Shown here: positions 1 through 8,784 of the stretch, piece after piece
How the letters are laid out: every line of letters begins with the position of its first letter
How positions within the stretch are numbered: the first letter of the stretch is position 1
From: an uncultured Chloroflexia bacterium
GTDB lineage: Bacteria; Chloroflexota; Limnocylindria; Limnocylindrales; CSP1-4
Reading direction: 5' to 3'
NCBI GenBank assembly: GCA_963720755.1
Contig: CAVRGP010000013.1
Location: 32,001-96,000 of the forward strand
DNA: 64,000 nucleotides
Made by a program: the position numbers and the translations under genes
The notes under the pieces: generated by a model
Told to the model about the DNA's origin: nothing
What the model saw: only the letters and a program-made list of their open reading frames with translations
Database searches by the model: none

Positions 1-489
1 CCGTACGCGACATCGACTCGTGTCAATCCGCCGCTCCGCGCGGCCGAGGACGCGATGGCCTGCCTGGCGGCCGTGGCCGACGGGACCGCCAACGCGATCG
101 CCACCGACCATGCCCCGCACACGGAGGTCGACAAGGCGGTCGAATTCGGGTCGGCCGCCAACGGGATCAGTGGGCTCGAGACGGCCCTCGGGGTCATCCT
201 GGCCGCCGTGGATGCGGGCCAGCTGACGCTGCTGCAGGCGATCGGCGCCCTGACGACTGGGCCGGCGGCCATCCTCGGCGATCGATCTCGACGGGCCGGC
301 TCGGTCGGACTGGTCGAGGGGGCGCCCGCTGATCTCGTCGTATTCGACCGCTCCGACCGCTGGACCGTGACGCCCGAGACGCTCCGATCGAGAGGCAAGA
401 ACACGCCCCTGTTCGGGATGGACCTGGCCGGTCGCGTCCTGCTCACGATGGCCGGCGGCCGGATCGCCTACGAGGCCGCCGACGCCTGA
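1..489 (+). CDS. pyrC: Dihydroorotase, C-terminal part (5' truncated by window)
   Basis: Frame open from base 1: RVNPPLR, IATDHAPH, GISGLET, ADLVVFD, SRGKNTP motifs. Confidence 0.93.
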   Translation, partial: PYATSTRVNPPLRAAEDAMACLAAVADGTANAIATDHAPHTEVDKAVEFGSAANGISGLETALGVILAAVDAGQLTLLQAIGALTTGPAAILGDRSRRAGSVGLVEGAPADLVVFDRSDRWTVTPETLRSRGKNTPLFGMDLAGRVLLTMAGGRIAYEAADA

Positions 490-505
490 CCGGCACGCCC
501 GTTCC

Positions 506-892
506 TTACAGGTGGATGACTTCGAGTCCCGGTGGGTGCAGGTAGTCCGCGTCCTGGGTCACGACCGGCATCCCGAGGGTCATGGCGGTCGCGGCGATCC
601 ACGAGTCGTTGACCGGCATCTTCAGGCCGTAGTCACGCAACGCGATGCGCAGCCGGGCCCAGGTCTCGGCGACGGCCTGGTCGATCGGGATGGGGTCGAG
701 TGCGAGGGCGGCCGTGAGGGTCCCGAGTCGACGGTCGCGAGCCCCCACGTCGGCCGCGGCCAGGACGCCGGCGCGCAGTTCGCCGATGGTCACGACCGAC
801 ACGGCGAGTCGATCTGGCAGTCGATCGGTACGGATGGCTCGCCTGCCTTCGGCGGCGATGAACAGGCTCGTATCCGCGAGGCCGGTCGTCAC
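506..892 (-). CDS. vapC: PIN-domain toxin (VapC family)
   Basis: DTSLFIA, SVVTIGELRAG, NDSWIAATA, VVTQDADY PIN acidic motifs; 4-nt overlap with antitoxin. Confidence 0.9.
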   Translation of the reverse strand: MTTGLADTSLFIAAEGRRAIRTDRLPDRLAVSVVTIGELRAGVLAAADVGARDRRLGTLTAALALDPIPIDQAVAETWARLRIALRDYGLKMPVNDSWIAATAMTLGMPVVTQDADYLHPPGLEVIHL

Positions 893-1143
893 GAGGATCG
901 GAGATCGTCGGTCGTGTCAGGGACCAGTGCGCGGAGTTCCGCTCGCAGGCCCGCGTCGGCGCGGTGGGTGAGCACATCGCGGACGAAGGCCTCGCGGGAC
1001 ATGTATCTGGGTCGATGGCCCGCGGGCTGGAGGATCGCGACCGGCCGACCATCGACCGTGATCGTGATGGCCTCGCCCGCCTCGACGCGATCGAGCAGCG
1101 CCCGTGTGTTGTTGCGAAGTTCTCGCGAGGCGACGTCCGTCAT
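889..1143 (-). CDS. vapB: Phd/YefM-family antitoxin
   Basis: MTDVASRELRNNTRALLDRVEAGEAITITVDGRPVAIL; directly upstream of PIN toxin. Confidence 0.9.
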   Translation of the reverse strand: MTDVASRELRNNTRALLDRVEAGEAITITVDGRPVAILQPAGHRPRYMSREAFVRDVLTHRADAGLRAELRALVPDTTDDLRSS

Positions 1144-1149
1144 CCGACG

Positions 1150-1168
1150 AGCGTAGCACATGTGCTAC
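1150..1168 (-). promoter_or_regulatory. TA operator palindrome overlapping -10 box
   Basis: Perfect 16-bp palindrome GTAGCACATGTGCTAC (1153-1168) overlapping minus-strand TACGCT 6 nt before the vapB ATG. Confidence 0.75.
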
Positions 1169-1193
1169 AGCCGACTGGATGGTCGGACAGGAT

Positions 1194-2909
1194 CTACGGA
1201 GACGAGCAATCGATGGTTGCGCTCCTGACCGAGTCGTCGTCGAATCTCGCGACATAGGATCCGCAGTCGCCCCAGAAAACGATCGAGACGACCTTCACCG
1301 ACGGATCCTCGAGCCGCTGCGCGTCGATGATCTCCTGGGTCTTCGTTGCGCACGTGTCCGGCCCGAGCGCTCCGCAATCGAGCACGTAGCCGCCCTCGGG
1401 CGGTGGGGGCGGACTGGCGCCCGCGTCGAGGAGTTCGATACTGGCCACATCGACCGGCCGATCGAAATCGAGGACGACCTGGCGTTCGACCCCGAGCGTG
1501 TCGCAGTCGGACGGCTGCGGGCCCATGTCGAACACGATCGAGCGGATACCGGCCGTGACCGTGACCGTGATCTGGCTGTCGCAGATACCACCGACCCAGA
1601 CGAGGTGGACGCGCCCGGGGTGTCCGGGTTCGGCGTAGGCACCGAACCGACCGTCGAGCTGGACGGTCGACGGGTCGACGTCGCCCGTCTCGGCCACGCC
1701 GGTCAGCCGCTCGGACTCATCGACGACCGCCAGCCTGACCGGCGGGGCACCCGCGGCGACCTGGCTCGTGAGGTCGAACGTGATCGCGCCTGATGGAGGC
1801 CACCATCCAGCTTCGGCGGAGGGAGTCGGCGCCGCCGGCGAGCCGCCGACCAGGATCGCGTCCCCGGCCGGATTCATCTCGTAGATCGCGTCAGTCCCGT
1901 CGATGACGATGTACGTCACCACGTGGTCGGTCTCCAGGACTCGGACGATCCACAGGATAGGTTCGTTGGTCAGGGCCGAGGTCCCGGCGAGGGTCGGCTC
2001 GAACGGCACGAGGCCGGACGGGCCATCGACGATGGTCGTGGACAGGATCGGTGAACCCGGTGACTCGGCGGCGACGACGCGCGAGATGTCGTCCGTGGTC
2101 GATCGCGGCGGGCCACCCAGGATGACTTGATCCCGGGGCTGGGTCTGGCCACCGACCCAGGCGACCCGATCGACGACGAACCGATCACGACAGGTCTGGA
2201 TCTCATCCGTCGGGCAAAGCTGCGCCCTACGGTCGTCGAAATGGCCGATCACGACGACCTGCTCCGGGGCCGAGCCGTCGGCTGTGCTGGTCTGCGGCGG
2301 CGCCGGTTCCCAGGAATCGTCGATGCCGTCGAGATCCAGGTTGAATGCCGGGCCTCGTGGCCCCTGCATCGACAGCCCGTCGCTACCGAGATGGATCAGC
2401 GACTCGGGGTCTTCCGTAAGCCACACGAACTGGTCCGGACACTGGGGTTGGACGGGGCTCTGGGCCGGCTCCATCGGCGTGCATGTGGGCATGAGGTGAG
2501 GGCCGAACCAGCCGTTGACGGCGAGCTCGCGGTCGTCGATCCCGGCGCCGCGAACGGCCAGCGCCGCGGACACGGAGATCGTATCGAGACCGAAGAGCGA
2601 CGTTGGCGACGGCTGAGCGGATCCAGACGGAGACCGAGACGGAGCTGGCGAGGGTGAGCCAACGGTGCCATTGCCATGATCGCCGAACCGCCCGAGCCCG
2701 ACCAGCGCCACCGCGACGACGATGGCCGCCAGCCCGATCGCGCCGGCCGCCAGCGGTCGGCCCCAGGAGCCCAGCCATCGTCGGTCGGGTCGGGTCCCGG
2801 CGATCTGGTCGTGGATCGTCCCGGCCAGCGACGCCGGCGGCGGCCGGTCGGCGAGTCCATGGAAGGCCGCCGCCAGGCGATCGTCGTCCCAGCCCGGCCG
2901 TTCATTCAT
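1194..2909 (-). CDS. Putative anti-sigma factor: single TM protein with Cys-paired extracellular domains
   Basis: ATGA overlap with ECF sigma stop; short N-terminal helical domain, hydrophobic TM, Pro/Ser linker, several Cys pairs. Confidence 0.7.
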   Translation of the reverse strand: MNERPGWDDDRLAAAFHGLADRPPPASLAGTIHDQIAGTRPDRRWLGSWGRPLAAGAIGLAAIVVAVALVGLGRFGDHGNGTVGSPSPAPSRSPSGSAQPSPTSLFGLDTISVSAALAVRGAGIDDRELAVNGWFGPHLMPTCTPMEPAQSPVQPQCPDQFVWLTEDPESLIHLGSDGLSMQGPRGPAFNLDLDGIDDSWEPAPPQTSTADGSAPEQVVVIGHFDDRRAQLCPTDEIQTCRDRFVVDRVAWVGGQTQPRDQVILGGPPRSTTDDISRVVAAESPGSPILSTTIVDGPSGLVPFEPTLAGTSALTNEPILWIVRVLETDHVVTYIVIDGTDAIYEMNPAGDAILVGGSPAAPTPSAEAGWWPPSGAITFDLTSQVAAGAPPVRLAVVDESERLTGVAETGDVDPSTVQLDGRFGAYAEPGHPGRVHLVWVGGICDSQITVTVTAGIRSIVFDMGPQPSDCDTLGVERQVVLDFDRPVDVASIELLDAGASPPPPPEGGYVLDCGALGPDTCATKTQEIIDAQRLEDPSVKVVSIVFWGDCGSYVARFDDDSVRSATIDCSSP

Positions 2910-3460
2910 CGCGTCCGCCCCTCGCTCGCAAGTGCCGCCTCGAGGGCAGCTCGTGCGGTGTGCAGTCTGGATTTCACGGTCCCGACCGGGATCTCGAGGA
3001 TGCCGGCCAACTCGGCGACTCCATGGCCCTCGAGGTGGTGGAGGACCAGGATCGTCCGCTGGTCGATGGGCAATCGATCGAGCGCCGCGCGGAGCATGTC
3101 CGTGTCGGACGACTGGGGTCGCGGCAGGCGATCGCTCGCCGCGGCGATCGCCGCCACGTCGCCCGACGGGATCTCGCGGACTCGCCGCCGGCCGCGCGCC
3201 CGGAGCGTCATCCGTGCCGAGTTGACCGCGATCCGCTGCAGCCAGGCGTCGAACCGGTCCCCGTCGCGCAGGCTGCGGATCCGGCGCCAGGCGGCGACGA
3301 ACGTCTCCTGGGTCGCGTCCCCGGCGTCGGCGGCATCGCCGACGATGGCGAAGGAGAGGCGGTAGATGGCGTCGATCCGGGCGTGCATGATCTCCTCGAA
3401 CGCGCCGAGGTCCCCCTGGCGTGCCCGATCGATGAGCGACCGGTCCGGTACGGGTTCGAT
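2906..3460 (-). CDS. ECF RNA polymerase sigma factor (start uncertain; probable ATC at 3460)
   Basis: DRSLIDRARQGDLGAFEE upstream of Met 3388; DAGDATQETFVAAW, FDAWLQRIAVN, GTVKSRLHTAR. Confidence 0.9.
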   Translation of the reverse strand: MEPVPDRSLIDRARQGDLGAFEEIMHARIDAIYRLSFAIVGDAADAGDATQETFVAAWRRIRSLRDGDRFDAWLQRIAVNSARMTLRARGRRRVREIPSGDVAAIAAASDRLPRPQSSDTDMLRAALDRLPIDQRTILVLHHLEGHGVAELAGILEIPVGTVKSRLHTARAALEAALASEGRTR

Positions 3461-3490
3461 CGGTCTTCCTCCGATGCGCGTTCGACCATC

Positions 3491-3517
3491 TGATGCCGCT
3501 CGCGGGGCCGAGGTTCA
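3491..3517 (-). promoter_or_regulatory. Candidate ECF-type autoregulatory promoter
   Basis: Minus strand TGAACC-N15-GCATCA upstream of the sigma gene RBS GGAGGA. Confidence 0.4.
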
Positions 3518-3559
3518 GTCTGACGCGGATCTCGGTCGCGACGCTACGCTTCCGAAGCC

Positions 3560-4879
3560 ATGGCGACGTCCACGTTGAACCGCGACTACGAGCGCCGCTC
3601 CCTGTGGAGCGCCACGATGGCGGCGCTGCCGGATCGGAGCGGCCGGGATCTGCCGGACGCGGCCGATGTCGTCGTCATCGGCGGCGGTTACACCGGCATC
3701 GATGCCGCCAGAGAGCTGGCCGCAAGGGGAGTCGCCGTCACCCTGCTGGAGGCGGAGACCCTTGGCTGGGGGGCCTCGACCCGCAACGGCGGCATCGTCC
3801 ATGCCGGGTACAAGTGGGGCCCGCGCCAGCTCATCCGCCGGAACGGCGAGGTGACCGGGGCCGCCCTCTACCGGGACACCCTCGCCGGGTACGAAACGGT
3901 CAAGCGACTGATCGCCGAAGGTTCGATCGACTGCGACTTCCGGGAGGTCGGCCACCTCGAACTCGCCTACGCCCGGTCGCATGTCCGCCTGCTCGAGGAA
4001 GAACACGAGAGCCTGACCGGCGTCGGGGTCGCCTCGCAGCTCATCCCGCGCGAACGGGTCCGCGAGGAGATCGGGTCGGATGTCTATCACGGGGCGCTGA
4101 TCGTGCCGAGCAGCGGGCTCCTCCATCCTGGGCGCTACTTCGCGGGCCTCGCTGCCGCGGCCGACCGAGCCGGCGCCGACCTGCACGAGGGTGTCCGTGC
4201 CCGGGCGATCCGCCGCCAGGCCGACGGGCGGTACGTCGTGGAGACCGCGCGCGGAGCGATCCTTGCCCGCGACGTCCTGGTGGCGACGAATGGGTACACG
4301 GACGGGGTCGCGCCGTCGCTCCGCCGTCGGATCATCCCGATCGGCAGTTACATCATCGCCAGCGAACCGCTGCCCGAGGACCTTGTCGCGGAACTGTCGC
4401 CGCACGGACGGGCGTTCTTCGACACCAAGAACTTCCTGTACTACTGGCACATCTCGGCCGATCGCCGGATGGTCTTCGGAGGGCGAGCCAGCTTCCTGCC
4501 GACGTCCATCGATCGGATGGCCGAGATCCTCCATCGCGGCCTGCTCGAGGTCCATCCGCAGATGGCCGGCCGGCGGATCGACTACGCCTGGGGCGGCAAC
4601 GTCGGCTTCACCTTCGACCGGATGCCCCATGTCGGGCGGACCTCGGACGGCGTGGCCTTCGCGATGGGTTGCTGCGGCACGGGCATCGCGATGATGACCC
4701 ACCTGGGGACGACGGTCGGAGCATGGATGGCCGGGGGAGAGGCACCGATCCTCACCAAGCTTCGCTTCCCCCTGGTCCCCGCTCCGTACGAAGGGCGACC
4801 CTGGTTCCTGCCCGTCGTCGGGGAGTGGTACCGGATCCAGGATCGGCTGGCGGGCCGCGACAAGCCGAAGCCGCGATGA
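3560..4879 (+). CDS. FAD-dependent oxidoreductase, DAO/PuuB (gamma-glutamylputrescine oxidase)-like
   Basis: VVVIGGGYTG, GWGASTRNGG, LHPGRY, VATNGYT, WGGNVGFTFDRMPHVG. Confidence 0.85.
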   Translation: MATSTLNRDYERRSLWSATMAALPDRSGRDLPDAADVVVIGGGYTGIDAARELAARGVAVTLLEAETLGWGASTRNGGIVHAGYKWGPRQLIRRNGEVTGAALYRDTLAGYETVKRLIAEGSIDCDFREVGHLELAYARSHVRLLEEEHESLTGVGVASQLIPRERVREEIGSDVYHGALIVPSSGLLHPGRYFAGLAAAADRAGADLHEGVRARAIRRQADGRYVVETARGAILARDVLVATNGYTDGVAPSLRRRIIPIGSYIIASEPLPEDLVAELSPHGRAFFDTKNFLYYWHISADRRMVFGGRASFLPTSIDRMAEILHRGLLEVHPQMAGRRIDYAWGGNVGFTFDRMPHVGRTSDGVAFAMGCCGTGIAMMTHLGTTVGAWMAGGEAPILTKLRFPLVPAPYEGRPWFLPVVGEWYRIQDRLAGRDKPKPR

Positions 4880-5754
4880 AGGTCGGCTTCCGGACGTCGC
4901 CGCAGAACACGGACTGGACGAGCCTCGAGGCGGCCTGGGAGGAGGCGGGCCGGCACGACGTGTTCGATTCCGGGTGGCTCAACGACCACTTCATGGACCC
5001 CGTCCGTGACCGGGGCGGGTCGGCGTTCGAGGCGATGACGACGCTTGCTGCGCTCGCCCATCACGTCCCGGGCAAGTCGGTCGGGCAGACCGTGCTGGCC
5101 GCCACGTTCCGCCATCCGTCGGTCCTGGCGAAGGAGGCGGTCACCCTCGATCACCTCACGGGCGGCCGGTACATCCTGGGCCTCGGGGCCGGCTGGCACA
5201 TCGGCGAGCACGAGTCGTTCGGCATCGACCTGCCGCCGATCGGCGAGCGGTTCGATCGGTACGAGTCGACGATCCGCGTGTTGCGGGCACTGTTCAGCGA
5301 CGAGGCCCGCGCCGAGCCCGGCGTGACCCTCGATGCGCCGCCGTACCGGCTCGATAGGGCGGTCATGGAGCCGGGACCGGTCCATCCGGGCGGCCCGAAG
5401 CTGTGGCTCGGTGGGCAGGGTCCGCGAGGTCTGCGGCTCGCGGCACGGTACGCCGACGGCTGGAACTACGCCTCCAACCTCGCCGGCACGCTCGAGGGGT
5501 TCATCGAGCGACGCGACCTGCTGCGGGCGGCCTGCCAGGCGATCGAGCGCGATCCGACGACCCTGACCCTGTCGGTCCAGATCATCATCCCGCCGCACGG
5601 TCAGCCCCGACGCATCGCCTTCGACCAGGCGGTCGCCTACGGCCGCGCGGGCGCCTCGGAGATCCTGCTCACGACACTGGCAAGTGAGGGCGCGGCCGGG
5701 ATCCGCCGACTTGCGACCGAGGTGGCCGAACCACTGAAGGCGATGTTCGACTAG
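4876..5754 (+). CDS. LLM-class flavin/F420-dependent oxidoreductase
   Basis: WLNDHF, FRHPSVLAKEAVTLDHLTGGRYILGLGAGW, AARYADGWN; ATGA overlap with upstream gene. Confidence 0.88.
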   Translation: MKVGFRTSPQNTDWTSLEAAWEEAGRHDVFDSGWLNDHFMDPVRDRGGSAFEAMTTLAALAHHVPGKSVGQTVLAATFRHPSVLAKEAVTLDHLTGGRYILGLGAGWHIGEHESFGIDLPPIGERFDRYESTIRVLRALFSDEARAEPGVTLDAPPYRLDRAVMEPGPVHPGGPKLWLGGQGPRGLRLAARYADGWNYASNLAGTLEGFIERRDLLRAACQAIERDPTTLTLSVQIIIPPHGQPRRIAFDQAVAYGRAGASEILLTTLASEGAAGIRRLATEVAEPLKAMFD

Positions 5755-7301
5755 GACCCGGACGCGAGTCTTCGAAGCCCGTCGAGCAGCCGGTCGATAT
5801 CCGACGGTGCCGCCAGGTAGTTGACGATCCCGGCGCGGAGCCATGTCTCGCCGCGCAACCGGGTGGTCGTCAACCAGCCGTCGCCGGAGACCTCGAGCGC
5901 GCGCTGCAAGCGGTCCTGGTGGGCATCGAGCTCGCCGGCCGGCAAGGCTGCCGCCGCGGCTCGTCCGCCCGGGAGGTGCCGGAAACAGACGACCGAGAGC
6001 TCGGGCACGGCGGGGATCGCCTCGAAGTCGTCGGCGGCGGCGCACCGTTCGGCCAGGAGCGCGGCGAGGTCATCGTTCGCCTCGACGAGACGGCCGAAAC
6101 CGGCCGTGCCGAGATGCTTCCAGGACATCCACAGTTTGAGCGCGCGCCAGCGTCGGGTCCCTTCGAAGCTCAGCTTGTAGAAGTTGAGCTGGTCGCCGTG
6201 GTGATCGTCCCTGGCCGTCTCGCCGCCCCGGTAGTACTCGGGTGCCCGACCGCCGAAGGCCCGGGCCAGGTGGTCGCCATCGCGGACCAGCAATCCGCCG
6301 ATGTCGTAGGCCTGGAAGAACCACTTGTGCGGGTCCACGGTCACCGAGTCGGCCCGGTCGAGGTCGGGCACGCGGTCGCGATCGCGCTGGGACAGGCGCG
6401 CCCCGCCGCCGTAGGCCGCGTCGACATGGAGCCACAGGTCGTTGGCCTCGGCCACGTCCGCGAGCTCGCCGACGAGATCGACCGAGCCGGTATTCGTGGA
6501 ACCGGCCACGGCCGCGATGGCGAAGGGTCGGTGTCCGGCGATCCGGTCCCGCGCCACCGCGTCGTCGACCGTCGCGCCGTGGAGCCGGAAGTCGGTGTCG
6601 GACGGGAGCACGACGAGCGTTGCCGGCGGGAACCCGAGCAGGTCGAGCGCGCGAGCGACCGAGAAGTGGGCCTGGTCCGACGTATAGACCCGCACGCCCT
6701 CGAGCATCGCGCCCCGGGGTGGACGACCGGCATCGAGGAGGCGGCCGAGGTGGATGTCACGGGCGAGGGCCATGCCCATGAAGTTGGCCATCACACCGCC
6801 GGAGGTCAGCAGCCCGAATGAGCGCGACCCGAACCCGATCAGGTCGCACAGCCAGCGGACCACCTCCTCCTCGACGAAGGACGCGAGCGGACCGGCGTGC
6901 CAGACGTCGACGCCCTGGTTCGTCATCTGGGCGATCAGCTCGCCCATCATCGAGACGGGCAGGGGCGGTGGCGTGAAGTAGCCGAACTGACGCGGATGCT
7001 GGGCGTTCATCTGGCCGCCCGCGAGGCGATCGCGGAATTCGTCGAGGATGGTTGCGATCGGCGTCGGGTCCTCGGGGGCCGGGGCCGGCCGGCCGGTCGC
7101 TCCGAAGAACGAGGCTCGCAGCGCCGGGTAGGGCGCGGGGTCGCCCATCGCCCGATGCGTCGCCTCGTCGTACAGGAAGTCGAGCGCCGCCGCCCAGCTG
7201 TCCGCGCCGAGGCGTTCCATCGCCGGCCGGGAAGCGGGGGTCGCGTAGTCGATCAGGGCCGGTTCGGGGTGCCAGTCGAAGCGAGATGGTGGATCGGACA
7301 T
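5751..7301 (-). CDS. Group II PLP-dependent amino-acid decarboxylase
   Basis: HPRQFGYF, TSGGVMAN, SDQAHFS, AGSTNTGSVD, WLHVDAAYGG, DPHKW (PLP Lys). Confidence 0.9.
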   Translation of the reverse strand: MSDPPSRFDWHPEPALIDYATPASRPAMERLGADSWAAALDFLYDEATHRAMGDPAPYPALRASFFGATGRPAPAPEDPTPIATILDEFRDRLAGGQMNAQHPRQFGYFTPPPLPVSMMGELIAQMTNQGVDVWHAGPLASFVEEEVVRWLCDLIGFGSRSFGLLTSGGVMANFMGMALARDIHLGRLLDAGRPPRGAMLEGVRVYTSDQAHFSVARALDLLGFPPATLVVLPSDTDFRLHGATVDDAVARDRIAGHRPFAIAAVAGSTNTGSVDLVGELADVAEANDLWLHVDAAYGGGARLSQRDRDRVPDLDRADSVTVDPHKWFFQAYDIGGLLVRDGDHLARAFGGRAPEYYRGGETARDDHHGDQLNFYKLSFEGTRRWRALKLWMSWKHLGTAGFGRLVEANDDLAALLAERCAAADDFEAIPAVPELSVVCFRHLPGGRAAAAALPAGELDAHQDRLQRALEVSGDGWLTTTRLRGETWLRAGIVNYLAAPSDIDRLLDGLRRLASGS

Positions 7302-7358
7302 CGGACCGAGATGGTACCGGCACGCGTGGCCGGCGGTGGCGTCGTACCCTTGCGGGCG

Positions 7359-7871
7359 ATGGACGACCACGATCCGGCTGGGCGCGCCTGGCTCACCGCG
7401 CACCTGGACCCGCTCGGGGTCGAGTACGCGCTGTTCGCCTGCGACCCGACATTGGCGGACACGGCTGCGTTCTGCGCCACCTATGGCTTCGCGCCCGAGG
7501 ACTCGGCCAACACCATCGTGGTGATCGGCAAGTCCGACCCACCCAGGTTCGCCGCCTGCGTGACCCTCGCTCCGAATCGGCTCGACGTCAATCGGACCAT
7601 CCGTGACCGACTCGGGACACGCAAGGCATCGTTCGCGCCCGCGGAGCAGACGGCTGCCTTGACCGGGATGCAGATCGGCGGGGTGACGGTCTTCGGCTTG
7701 CCCACCGACATGCCGATCTGGGTCGACTCGCGGGTGATGGACCGGCCGCGGATCGTCCTCGGCGGCGGCTCGCGATCCTGGAAGGTCATCGCCGTCCCGG
7801 AGATCCTCAGCGCGCTGCCGGGCGTCGAGGTCGTGGACGGCCTCGCGAACGAGCCAGGACCCGCGACATGA
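7359..7871 (+). CDS. YbaK/EbsC family protein (aminoacyl-tRNA editing-like)
   Basis: DTAAFC, RKASFA, TGMQIGGVTVFGLP, GGGSRSWK. Confidence 0.85.
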   Translation: MDDHDPAGRAWLTAHLDPLGVEYALFACDPTLADTAAFCATYGFAPEDSANTIVVIGKSDPPRFAACVTLAPNRLDVNRTIRDRLGTRKASFAPAEQTAALTGMQIGGVTVFGLPTDMPIWVDSRVMDRPRIVLGGGSRSWKVIAVPEILSALPGVEVVDGLANEPGPAT

Positions 7872-8323
7872 CCGACCCCGAGGCCGGCTCACAAACAGGC
7901 CCGGAGGCCAGCTCACCGGATCCCCGCGCGGATCCGACCCCGCCGCGCCGGCCCCGCTCGACCGGCCCCGTCCAGTACAAGGGCGATGTCCTGGAGGCTG
8001 AGCGTGGGCCCGGCCTCGGCTGCTTCCGTTTCCAGCTCGTGATCCTGGTCGTGTTCGTGATCCTGACCCCGCTCAGCGTGGTCTGGAACTGGCCACCGAC
8101 GATCAGCGCACTGCTGCTGTTCGCGGTGATCCTGCTCCTCCTGTTCACCGGTCAGACGATCATCTTCCTGCTTCGTCTGGTCAGTGCGGATCGACGCGGG
8201 CGTCGGCGGCCGCTGGCGAGCGGGACCCAGACCGTGGGCGAACTCGAAGACGCGGCGAGCGACGCCACCCCCGACGCCGCCGACGCCGCACCCTCGGTGG
8301 ACGAGACGCCGGACCTCTCCTGA
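7868..8323 (+). CDS. Hypothetical two-TM membrane protein
   Basis: Two hydrophobic segments; ATGA overlap with ybaK; GC3-rich codons. Confidence 0.7.
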   Translation: MTDPEAGSQTGPEASSPDPRADPTPPRRPRSTGPVQYKGDVLEAERGPGLGCFRFQLVILVVFVILTPLSVVWNWPPTISALLLFAVILLLLFTGQTIIFLLRLVSADRRGRRRPLASGTQTVGELEDAASDATPDAADAAPSVDETPDLS

Positions 8324-8429
8324 CAGCACGCCCGACGGGCACGCATCGCACTCATGAGCGTCGGCCCGTGCGACAATGCCCTTCGGCGTCGGGCGCGACG
8401 TCGGATCGATCGTCAGGAGGACTGCATCC

Positions 8430-8756
8430 GTGCCCGTGCTCGCGACCTACTTCAGCGTTCGCCGCGGCCGTGACCCGTTCTTCAAGTTCTTCATGCGGAC
8501 GATCTTCCCCAGGCAGGTGAAGGATTACGAGGAGAAGTTCGGGATCCGGTTCGTGGGCTGGTTCAACGTCGCCCATGGCTGGGATTTTGACAACGTGATC
8601 CTGCTGGACCTGCCCGACTACGCGACACTCGACAAGCTCGAGGCCGACGAGGCCACCCGCGCCCTCGGCCATCGTGCCGGGGAGTGGATCTTCGAACGAC
8701 ACCACTCGATGTTCCTTCGAGAGCGGATGGGTCCGGATCTCGAATACCACCCGTAG
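8430..8756 (+). CDS. Hypothetical protein, NIPSNAP/dimeric alpha-beta barrel-like
   Basis: AGGAGG RBS then GTG; FVGWFNV..GWDFDNVILLDLPDYATL pattern. Confidence 0.7.
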   Translation: MPVLATYFSVRRGRDPFFKFFMRTIFPRQVKDYEEKFGIRFVGWFNVAHGWDFDNVILLDLPDYATLDKLEADEATRALGHRAGEWIFERHHSMFLRERMGPDLEYHP

Positions 8757-8784
8757 ATATCCCCGACAGCACGGAGGCGACCAG

